The notes beneath the pieces were generated by a model. The model saw only the letters and a list, made by a program, of their open reading frames with translations. It had not been told where the DNA came from and did not search any database. Below are positions 38,905-50,440 of a stretch of 64,000 bases of DNA, piece by piece (position 1 is the stretch's first letter; each line of letters begins with the position of its first letter). The stretch is from assembly GCA_963749495.1 (NCBI GenBank), contig CAVVMW010000012.1:448001-512000 (forward strand), read 5' to 3'. The translations under genes were made by a program, and so were the position numbers. Origin of the DNA: an uncultured bacterium. GTDB taxonomy: Bacteria > Verrucomicrobiota > Verrucomicrobiia > Limisphaerales > UBA8199.

Positions 38905-39945
38905 ATGGCAAAACAAAACCAATACAAATTCTCGTTCGGTCCCTGGAACATCAGCGAAGGCCAGGACCCCTACGGGCCCCCGACCCGCCCGGTGCAGGGC
39001 TTCGATTGGAAGCTCGATCAACTCAAGCAGCTCGGCTTCGACGCCATGATGTTTCATGACGACGACGCCGTGCCGGACCTCGACAACAAATCGGACGCCC
39101 AGGTTCGAGCGGGGGCCAAGGCCCTCAAGCAGAAGCTCGATGACGCGGGCGTGGCGGCGGAGATGGTCGCCCCGAGGCTCTGGTTCAGCCCCATGACCAT
39201 CGATGGCGCCTACACCAGCAACGACCCCAAGTGCCGCCACTACGCCATCGAGCGCTCGCTGCGCTGCATCGATATCGCCCACTGCCTGGGCACGGACCTG
39301 ATCGTCCTGTGGCTGGCGCGCGAAGGCACCTACCTGCGCGAATCCAAGAGCGGCCGCCGCAGCTTCGAGTTCCTGGTCCAGGCGCTGGACAAGATGCTCG
39401 CCCACGACAAGAAGATCCGCCTGGCCATCGAGCCCAAACCCAATGAACCCATGGACATCGCCTACGTGCCCACCATCGGCCACGCCCTGGCCCTCGCCCA
39501 GTTGACCTCCGACCCCAAACGCGTCGGCTGCCTCATCGAGTCGGCCCACGCCATGCTCGCCGGCCTGGACCCCGCCGACGAAATCGATTTCGCCATGGCC
39601 TTCGGCAAGCTCTGGTCGCTCCACCTCAACGACCAGAACGGGCTCAAGTTCGACCAGGACAAGCCCTTCGCCAGCTCCAATCTCCGCGTCGCCTTCAACC
39701 AGGTCCGCGCCCTCGAACGCAACGGCTACGGCAGCCAGGGCCAATTCGTCGCCTTCGACGTCCACCCCTTCCGCACCACCAAGGTCGAGCACTGGGTCGC
39801 CCATCTGGACAACAGCCGCCGGACCTTCCTCCGCCTCCTGGACAAGGCGCGCTCCTTTGACGAGAAGAAGGCCGCCCAATTGGTGGCCGACCGCGATTAT
39901 GCCGCCCTGGACATGATGGTGCTCGAACATTTGATGGGAGCGTAG
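38905..39945 (+). CDS. xylA: Xylose isomerase-like protein
   Basis: KFSFGPW...DPYG, FHDDD, W..REG, AIEPKPNEP, E..HA and HLNDQ.G.KFDQD motifs. Confidence 0.85.
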   Translation: MAKQNQYKFSFGPWNISEGQDPYGPPTRPVQGFDWKLDQLKQLGFDAMMFHDDDAVPDLDNKSDAQVRAGAKALKQKLDDAGVAAEMVAPRLWFSPMTIDGAYTSNDPKCRHYAIERSLRCIDIAHCLGTDLIVLWLAREGTYLRESKSGRRSFEFLVQALDKMLAHDKKIRLAIEPKPNEPMDIAYVPTIGHALALAQLTSDPKRVGCLIESAHAMLAGLDPADEIDFAMAFGKLWSLHLNDQNGLKFDQDKPFASSNLRVAFNQVRALERNGYGSQGQFVAFDVHPFRTTKVEHWVAHLDNSRRTFLRLLDKARSFDEKKAAQLVADRDYAALDMMVLEHLMGA

Positions 39946-39957
39946 AGAAAGGCACCA

Positions 39958-41244
39958 ATGACACAGAACCTTGGTCGCGACACGCGTCTGGTGCTGGAGA
40001 TTTGTCCGAGAAACCTGCTTTCGTTTGGGCCGCAGACGGACGCACTGCCCCTCCAGAACCTGAACATCTTGATTGGCCCGAATGGATCTGGCAAGTCGAA
40101 CCTAATCGAGGCGCTTGTGCTGATGCGGGCGACAACGGTGTTGCCGCAAGCCACGGCCAACGCCGATGTCCGAGGCGTGGTGCGGCGGGGCGGCGGAGCC
40201 GGGGAGTGGATTTGGAAAGGCGCCAAAGCGGCACCTGCTTCGGTCGAACTGGTCGTCGCAAACCCAAGGGGTTCACGACCTTTGCGACACACGTTCGCCT
40301 TTCGCGCCGATGATCAGGGCTTCGCCCTCCACGATGAGCGGGTTGAGAACGAAAAGCCCGATTCCGGTCAGAGCAACCCGTACTTCTACTACCGTTTTCA
40401 GCACGGCCATCCGGTGATCAACACAGTTGTGCAGGAGGATTCGGACCAGACGCCCGCCCTGCATGAAGACTCTGCGAGCCGCCCAGCGGCCTCTGCGGGC
40501 GGGCGCAAAGAGAGGGAACTGGCGCGGGAAACCGTCAACCTTGAGGTTTCCATTCTCGCACAGCGGCGCGACCCTGAGCTTTACCCGGAGATTACGCATC
40601 TGGCCGACAGCTACGAGAGATGGCGGATTTACCGGGAGTGGGCCTTTGGCCGCAACACGATATTCCGCCAACCGCAGAGGGCGGACATGCGCAACGACCG
40701 CCTGGAGGAGGACTTTTCAAACCTGGGCATGGTCCTCAGCCGCCTGCGCAAGACGCCCAAGGTGAGGGGTGAGATCCTGGACGGCTTGCACGACCTCTAT
40801 GATGGGTTCACTGACTTCGATCTGTTTGTCGAAGGTGGCACAATCCAGTTGTTCTTCACCGAGGGGGATTTCTCCGTTCCCGCCACACGCCTCTCGGACG
40901 GCGCATTGCGGTATCTTTGCCTCCTGGCCATCCTCTGCGATCCAGACCCCCCGCCGCTGATCTGCATCGAGGAACCGGAACTCGGGCTGCACCCCGACGT
41001 GGTAGTCAAATTGGCTGACCTCCTCCTGGCGGCTTCCGAGCGCACCCAGCTTATCGTCACCACCCACTCGGATATGCTCGTGGATGCCATGTCGGAGCGC
41101 CCGGAGGCCGTGGTGGTGTGCGAGAAGAATGAGGGCCGCACGCAGATGAGCCGATTGAAGAAGGACGATCTGAAGGTGTGGCTGGACGAATACGGGCTGG
41201 GCCGGTTGTGGATCAAGGGAGAGATCGGGGGGACCCGGTGGTGA
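39958..41244 (+). CDS. ABC/AAA_21-type ATPase
   Basis: IGPNGSGKSN, LSDG, IEEPELGLHP and VTTHS motifs. Confidence 0.9.
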   Translation: MTQNLGRDTRLVLEICPRNLLSFGPQTDALPLQNLNILIGPNGSGKSNLIEALVLMRATTVLPQATANADVRGVVRRGGGAGEWIWKGAKAAPASVELVVANPRGSRPLRHTFAFRADDQGFALHDERVENEKPDSGQSNPYFYYRFQHGHPVINTVVQEDSDQTPALHEDSASRPAASAGGRKERELARETVNLEVSILAQRRDPELYPEITHLADSYERWRIYREWAFGRNTIFRQPQRADMRNDRLEEDFSNLGMVLSRLRKTPKVRGEILDGLHDLYDGFTDFDLFVEGGTIQLFFTEGDFSVPATRLSDGALRYLCLLAILCDPDPPPLICIEEPELGLHPDVVVKLADLLLAASERTQLIVTTHSDMLVDAMSERPEAVVVCEKNEGRTQMSRLKKDDLKVWLDEYGLGRLWIKGEIGGTRW

Positions 41245-41840
41245 CGGCCCGCATCTTTGTCGAAGGCGGGGCTAGAGAAGACAACCGCCTGGATGTTCTT
41301 TGTCGCCAGGGTTTTCGCGCGCTCCTCGAGCGATCCGGGTTCAAAGGGCGGCTGCCCAGAATCGTGGCCTGTGGAAGCAGGGCAAAGGTGTACGACAGCT
41401 TTGCGACCGCGCACTCCACGAAGCCAGGAACGTACGTGGCGCTATGGGTTGACAGCGAGGGGCCTCTGGCCAACCTGGAAGCAGCATGGGCACATCTCGA
41501 GGCCCGCGATCATTGGAACCAGCCGCCAGGAGCAAGAGACGACCAGGTACTCTTCATGACCACCTGCATGGAAACCTGGATCGTGGCGGACAGAGCCACC
41601 CTGGACGACCATTACGGCAGCAACCTTCAGCAGAATGCGCTCCCCCCTTTGGACAACCTGGAAAACCGCACTCGTCACGATATTCAGGAGAGGCTCGCTC
41701 ACGCCACACGCAACTGCACGAACGCTTATGAAAAGGGAAAGCGGGCCTTCATCATCCTGGGGCTTCTCAATCCGACAACTCTGGAGAAGCTTCTGCCGAG
41801 TTTCGCCAGAGCAAGGCGGATTCTCAACGCGAGGCTATGA
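41241..41840 (+). CDS. DUF4276-family (TOPRIM-like) protein
   Basis: IFVEGG, IVACGSR, VDSE, CMETWIVAD; GTGA overlap with the ATPase. Confidence 0.8.
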   Translation: MTARIFVEGGAREDNRLDVLCRQGFRALLERSGFKGRLPRIVACGSRAKVYDSFATAHSTKPGTYVALWVDSEGPLANLEAAWAHLEARDHWNQPPGARDDQVLFMTTCMETWIVADRATLDDHYGSNLQQNALPPLDNLENRTRHDIQERLAHATRNCTNAYEKGKRAFIILGLLNPTTLEKLLPSFARARRILNARL

Positions 41841-41946
41841 TCCGCGCCCACACCTGGGAAAACGGCGCGGGCTCTGACATACTTTTTACAACACTTTTGC
41901 GGGCTGTTGACAAGTGGCAGAGCAATGGCCCGCAAGCTTATCGAGA

Positions 41947-43396
41947 ATGAGAAAGGTCGCGCTGCTCTACGTTGCGGCGGTGTTCGTGCCGAGCCTGGTG
42001 CTGGCCTGGCTGGCGGTGCGCTCGTTGCGCGACCAGCAGTTCCTGCTGGAGCGGCAGCAGTCGCTGCTCTGCCAGGCGGTGGCCGACACCAAGGCCCAGG
42101 AGATCCAGGATGCCCTGGCCGATGCCCAGCGCGCCTTCCGGCTCAGCGTCAATGGGCTGCTGGGCAAACGCGACCCGGTGGACGCCGCCCGCACGTTCGA
42201 CGAGCGCCGCCGCCCAGGCGGAGTTCCGCCAGCTCATGGGCAACGACACCGAAGGCGCGCTGGCCCGCTTCGTGGACAACAAGCTCAATCTCCTGTTTTG
42301 GTGCCGCTCCTCGCAGGACGCGCCGGTCGTTTTCGGCGCCCAGCTCTCCTTGTCCGGGTTGGTCGGGGGCCTGCGGACGTTGGTCCAGCAGGTCGGGCCT
42401 TCCCTGCAAAAGGAGATCTGCGTGGCGCTGCTCGATGATACCGCCCGGCCGCTGGTCCTCTCCCGCCCCGGTTTCCAGGCCGCCTGGAAACGGCCTTTCG
42501 CCGCCACGGAAATCGGGGAGATGCTCCCGCACTGGGAAGTGGCGGTTTACCTGGCCGACCCGGCCAAGCTCACCCGCTCGGCGCAGATGCTCAAGCTGAC
42601 GCTGGGGTTGGTCATCGCGGTCCTGGTGCTGGCCATCGGGATCGGGAGCTGGCTCATCGTGGCGGACCTCAATCGCCAACTGACCCTCGCCCGGCAAAAA
42701 ACCGATTTCGTGAGCAACGTCTCGCACGAACTCAAGACGCCGCTCACCTCGATTCGCATGTTCTCCGAGCTGCTGGCCGAAGGGCGTGTGGCCGACCCGG
42801 CAAAACAACATTCCTACCTGGACATCATCACAGCGGAGACCGCCCGCCTGACGCGGCTAATCAATAATGTGCTCGACTTCGCCCGCATCGAGCGCGGCGA
42901 GAAAAAATACAAGTTCCAGAAATGCAACCTGGCCAGTGTGGCAGGCGAAACCGCCGCCGCCTACCGGCCCCACCTCGAGGCCGCCGGCTTCCGGTTCGAG
43001 TGCGACCTGCCCCAGGACCCCATCCAGGTCAATGGCGACCCCGATGCCCTGGCCCAGGTGCTCGTCAACCTCCTATCAAACGCAGAGAAATGCTCGGACC
43101 ATTCCAAGGAGATCACCCTGCGCGCGCGCCCTCAAACCAGTCCCCTGCGCTTTGTCGAGGTGCAGGTGCTGGATCGCGGCCTGGGCGTGCCCAAAGGGTG
43201 CGAGCAGAAAATCTTCGAGCAGTTTTATCGCGCCCATGACTCACTGGGCAGCGGCATCCAGGGCTCGGGCCTGGGCTTGACCCTCGCCCGCCAAATCGCC
43301 CGCGCCCACGGCGGCGAGGTCGTCTATGAGCCGCGCCCCGGCGGCGGCAGTTGCTTCAGCCTGCGCCTGCCGGTCGCGGCAGGAGCCAGCGCGTGA
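41947..43396 (+). CDS. Sensor histidine kinase (frame break at ~42205)
   Basis: VSHELKTPL H-box, NLLSNAEK, DRGLG, GSGLGL. Confidence 0.9.
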
Positions 43397-43407
43397 ACCT
43401 GGAAGAA

Positions 43408-44113
43408 ATGAAAACCAAAATCCTCATCGTGGAAGACGACCCGCACATCCTGCTGGGCCTGGAAGAAGTGCTCAAGAGCGACGGTTTCGAGGTTGCCGTG
43501 TGCAACCGCGGCGACCAGGCGATGGAGGCCTGCGCCAGGCACCGCCCCGGGTTGGTCGTGCTCGACATCATGCTGCCCGGGATGAGCGGCTACGACATTT
43601 GCAAGCAGCTTCGCTCCAGGAAGCTCGCCACCCCCATCCTCATGCTCACGGCCAAGGGCCAGGAATTGGACAAGGTCGTGGGCCTGGAGCTTGGGGCCGA
43701 CGATTACGTGACCAAGCCGGTTCGGGGTGCGAGAGTTGCTGGCGCGCATCCACGCCCTGCTCCGGCGCGCCAGTCCCGCCCCCCCGCCACAGGCCGCCTC
43801 AGCCCAGCCATTCCAGATCGGCCCCGCCACCATCGACCCCAGGACCTTCCAGTTGACCCGCGGCAAGACTGTCGAGGATTTGACCGCCAGGGAGCTCAAA
43901 CTCCTGCAGTGCTTCCATGCTCACCCCGGCGAGGTCCTCTCCCGCGACCGCTTGCTCAGCGAGGTGTGGGGCTACAACTACTACGGCACCACCCGCACCC
44001 TCGACCAGGTCATCGTCCAACTCCGCAAGAAACTCGGTGACAATGCCGACGACCCCAAGTACCTGCTCACGGTACACAGCGTGGGCTACAAGCTGGGCAG
44101 CGCGACGCCGTGA
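43408..44113 (+). CDS. OmpR-family response regulator (frameshift at ~43720)
   Basis: ILIVEDD, LDIMLPG, GADDYVTKP, then LTARE..LL and TRTLD..I..LRKKL. Confidence 0.92.
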
Positions 44114-44168
44114 ACCCGAGAGATTCCCGGCTTGCAAGGCAATCGCAGGCAGTGTTTATTGCAGACGG

Positions 44169-44772
44169 ATGAGCACTGAGTTGATGGCTGAGCCAGTGGA
44201 GAAGGCGCCGGGAGCATCGGCGGCGAAGGCCCCGCGCACCTACACGTATGCCGAGCTGTGCGCGGAATTTCCGGAGAGCAATCAGCCGAGCGAGCTTTGG
44301 GACGGAACCCTCGTTATGTCACCCTCACCCACTTTTTTTCACCAAGAGGTTGCGCTGCGGTTTTATCGACAACTGCACGACTGGGTTGCCGGCCTGCGGC
44401 TGGGCAAAGTCATCGCGGCGCCCATCAATATGGTCCTCTCAGAGCATCGGGTTACCCAGCCGGATGTCGCGTTTATTGCCCAGGAACGGCTCGGCATCAT
44501 CCAGCGGGTCATTATCGGCCCCGCCGATCTGGTTGCTGAGGTGGCCTCTCTGGGTGGCCGCAACCGCGACCGTATCGAGAAGCGCGACCTGTATGAGCAA
44601 TACGGCGTCAACGAGTACCTGGATCATCGACCCGGAGGCGCGCACAGTCGAGGTGTTGCACCTGGAGGCTGGGCGCTACGAATTAGTCGTGCGTTCCTCT
44701 GGCGAGGCGGCTGCCGAGTCCCGGCTGTTAGCGGGCTTCCGAATTGGCGTGGCCCAGCTTTTCAGTGGTTAG
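44169..44772 (+). CDS. Uma2-family PD-(D/E)xK protein (frameshift at ~44617)
   Basis: MSPSP...HQ, QPD, DLVAEV.S, K..LY..YGV.EY/WIIDP. Confidence 0.88.
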
Positions 44773-44847
44773 CGGCGTCGCCCTCCAGCGATGAATGGCC
44801 TCCAACGATTTGTTGCGCGAGAGGGGTTTGGGGGCTATTTTGAGGCC

Positions 44848-45057
44848 ATGGATTGGCAGCAGTTGGTGTCGTTGTTCATCGTTGCCGCCGTCGGCGTTTT
44901 GCTGGTGTGGGGCAAGTTCCGGCGCCGGCGATTGGGTTTGCACCGGCAGACGCACTGCGGCTGCGCAGTGGCCGGGCTGGGGGCAGCCTCGCAAGGGTCG
45001 ATCCTCTTTCGGGCTCGCAAGGGGCAGCGCCCGGAAGTGGTTGTGATCCTCAAGTAG
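44848..45057 (+). CDS. Small membrane protein with Cys motif (FeoB-associated Cys-rich-like)
   Basis: MDWQQLVSLFIV TM followed by HCGC. Confidence 0.55.
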   Translation: MDWQQLVSLFIVAAVGVLLVWGKFRRRRLGLHRQTHCGCAVAGLGAASQGSILFRARKGQRPEVVVILK

Positions 45058-45104
45058 AAAAGCTTGCACTCGCGTCGGGCTCAGGATAGATTTGGTTTTC
45101 GCTA

Positions 45105-45533
45105 ATGGCCATGTGCAAAGTCAGTTCCTCGGTGCATTTCGTGACCCGGTCCGCCCTGAGCGGGCGGGAAGGTTCGGCGCGGGCGCAGTGGGTGCCCAAT
45201 ACCGATGTGTATGTGACGGACGGCGGGCTGGTGGTGAAGGTGGAATTGTCCGGGATGCGCAGCGAGTGCCTGGAGATCACGGTCGAGGGCAAGCGGCTGC
45301 GCATCAGCGGCAACCGCCCGGACGGCTGCCGGGCTGCGAAGTGCAATTTCCTGGTCATGGAGATCAACTACGGCCCCTTTGAGAGCGAGCTGGAAGTGCC
45401 GACGGGCTACGATTTGGCGCACGCCAAGGCGGTTTATCTGAATGGCTTTTTGCGGATCGATGTGCCGCTGGCGCCGCAGCCGTCCAAGGGCACGAAAGTG
45501 CCGATAGCGGAGGGAAACGCCTCGATTATCTGA
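45105..45533 (+). CDS. Hsp20/alpha-crystallin small heat-shock protein
   Basis: W.PNTDVY, EINYGPFE, A.Y.NG.L.I..P. Confidence 0.9.
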   Translation: MAMCKVSSSVHFVTRSALSGREGSARAQWVPNTDVYVTDGGLVVKVELSGMRSECLEITVEGKRLRISGNRPDGCRAAKCNFLVMEINYGPFESELEVPTGYDLAHAKAVYLNGFLRIDVPLAPQPSKGTKVPIAEGNASII

Positions 45534-45577
45534 ATGCTCTCTGCCGGGCGGGTATCTAATGGCTGGAAGGCGCGATT

Positions 45578-47974
<2,397 letters not shown>

Positions 47975-47994
47975 GCACCCTGGGTCGCCGCACA

Positions 47995-48020
47995 GGAGCG
48001 CGGACGCCTCGTCCGCGCGT
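47995..48020. repeat. REP-like family F unit
   Basis: ggagcgcggacgcctcgtccgcg, also at 51522. Confidence 0.7.
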
Positions 48021-48095
48021 TCCTAATTGCGGAGCAGACGCGGATGAGGAGGCCGCCCTGAAGGACTTCAAGAACGGCAAATTGAAAATTGAAGA

Positions 48096-48963
48096 TTGAA
48101 GATTGAAGATTTCAAATTGAAGACTGGAAATCCCGACGCAGATTGCCGTCGGAAGCCTGTCCGCCCTGCATCGCTCCATCCAATTTGCAATTTGCAATTC
48201 GTCTTCATCTTCCTCCTGCTCTCCCCTCTTCTGGCTTGGGGCCAGCGCCGCGACGAAATGCACGAGCCCCCGCTCACCCCGCAACAGCAGGTGAAGGCGG
48301 GGCGCGATTTGGTCGCCGAGTTGCTGGCGCAGAGACCCGAGGCCAACGCCACCAACACCGGGGTGATGACCATCCGCCTTGCCAACGACCAGGAGCGCAG
48401 GGTGCCCATCCGGTTCGAGCTCTCCTCCACCTCAACCAACGTGGTGAGCGTCTATCAGGCCCTCCCGGCCGAGGGCGCTCCCGGAGAGGTGCTGACGGTG
48501 GTCCATGCCGGGGAGTCGCCCAACCAATACTACCTGGTCCAGCCCGCCGCGCCCGGCGCCACAAACGCCGCCCCCGTTCGATTGGCCGGCGATCAAACCA
48601 TGGTCCCGTTCGCCGGCTCGGATTTTTGGGTGGCCGATCTTGGCCTGGAATTCCTCTATTGGCCCAGGCAGCGTGTGCTGCGGCGCGAATTGCGCCACAG
48701 CCAGCCCTGCTCGGTCCTCGAAAGCGTCAACCCGCGCCCCGCCCCCCACGGCTGCTCCCGAGTCGTCTCGTGGGTGGATACCGACAACGGCGGCATTCTC
48801 CATGCCGATGCCTACGATGCCCGAGGCAAGGTCCTCAAACATTTCGATCCCACCGGCCTCAAGAAAGTCAACGGCCGGCGCCAGGCTCGAAGAGATGGAG
48901 ATGCGCAACGTCCAGACCGGCTCCCACACCTGGATCAAATTCGACTTGCCCGTGGAGCGGTGA
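48096..48963 (+). CDS. LolA-like outer-membrane lipoprotein-sorting protein (frameshift at ~48885; start uncertain)
   Basis: Signal peptide, PFAGSDF...DL, YDARGKVLK.F, KKVNG..Q/EEMEM.N..TG..T. Confidence 0.7.
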
Positions 48964-48971
48964 CCTCGGCC

Positions 48972-49415
48972 TTACTCGCTCACCTTCACCACGTAATAAA
49001 GGAAGAGCCCCTTCACGTCCTTGAACCAGTGGGGGACGCCCTTGGGAATAACGATGACGTTGCCTTTGGCCAGGTGCCGCTCGTTGCCTCCCGTGATGGC
49101 CCTGGCGCGCGTTTCGCCCGGCCCGCTCGCCTTGGCCTCGACCGCCTTGCCGCCCGTGACAAAGGTTGCGGAGTCCTCGAGGATATAGAAGATGTCCGTG
49201 TCATGGTCGTGGATTTCCACCTCGCCCGGAGCGGTGCGCCGGCCGGCCATGACTTTGAAGTTGTTCGTGGCCAGCATTGTCGCCCCTTTGGCAAAGGCGG
49301 CGGCCACCTGGTCGTGGCTCAGATGAAGCACCGCGGGCCCTTGGGCCTCATCGCCCGCGATCGCGGCCATCAACGCACCCGTGGCAGAAAGCGCCAGCAC
49401 AGTTTTAGAGTTCAT
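48972..49415 (-). CDS. Secreted cupin-domain protein
   Basis: EIH...TDIFYI, G.VIVIPKGVPHWF. Confidence 0.85.
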   Translation of the reverse strand: MNSKTVLALSATGALMAAIAGDEAQGPAVLHLSHDQVAAAFAKGATMLATNNFKVMAGRRTAPGEVEIHDHDTDIFYILEDSATFVTGGKAVEAKASGPGETRARAITGGNERHLAKGNVIVIPKGVPHWFKDVKGLFLYYVVKVSE

Positions 49416-49833
49416 GGTGGGGTTCTAACCCGCCGGGCGAGCAAGGGAAAGCAGTTTTTGGCGGAGGACAGAACCATTCGATCCAGGCAAGACAGGCAAA
49501 ATCATTGTTGGCAGAATCATTGTCAGGTCACTGGATGTCGGCAACGCGCCCCGGCCTCACCTCCAGTGTCCAAGCCCGGGCCTTGACGAATTGGCACCTG
49601 ATTTTCAGAGGTTGCGATTTGCCCAGCCCTGCCGGCCATTGGCCGCTTTGCGGGGCGAGGCCACTTGCTGCCGCCTCGGCGCAGAGGCCAAGGAGCTGTC
49701 CGTTGATGTTCAGAGGAGGGCCCTGTGCGCCTGCTCCATTGCGCGGCTCCGGTTCCAATATGTCCATAGGCTCCAGCACGCGCCCGCCATACTACGGCCT
49801 TGGCCGGCCCCGGGTATTGTCCTTTGGTCGTAC

Positions 49834-50440
49834 ATTCGTCATTCCCCACACCGCAATCCAGGCCCAACATTCCCACCGGAACACTCCGCACTCCGCATTC
49901 GGTCCATTCGTCATTCGTCATTCGTCATTCGTCATTCCCCACACCGCCATCCAGACCCAACATCCCCACCGGAGCACTCCACACTCCGCACTCCGCACTC
50001 CGCATTCGGTCCATTCGTCATTCGTCATTCGTCATTCGTCATTCCCCACACCGCCATCCAGACCCAACATCCCCACCGGAACACTCCACACTCCGCACTC
50101 CGCACTCCGCATTCGGTCCATTCGTCATTCGTCATTCGTCATTCGTCATTCCCCACACCGCCATCCAGACCCAACATCCCCACCGGAGCACTCCACACTC
50201 CGCACTCCGCACTCCGCATTCGGTCCATTCGTCATTCGTCATTCGTCATTCGTCATTCCCCACACCGCCATCCAGACCCAACATCCCCACCGGAGCACTC
50301 CGCACTCCGCACTCCGCACTCCGCATTCGGTCCATTCGTCATTCGTCATTCGTCATTCGTCATTCCCCACACCGCAATCCAGGCCCAACATTCCCACCGG
50401 AGCACTCCACACTCCGCACTCCGCACTCCGCATTCGGTCC
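49834..50440. repeat. 107-bp tandem array (5 full units plus a partial) built from 7-mer microsatellites
   Basis: ggtcc anchor recurs at 49901, 50008, 50115, 50222, 50329 and 50436. Confidence 0.95.

Noticed and set aside
49834..50440. CRISPR array next to a DinG/Cas4-like nuclease-helicase
   Set aside because: The intervening segments are near-identical rather than unique spacers, and no cas1/cas5/cas6/cas7 genes are present
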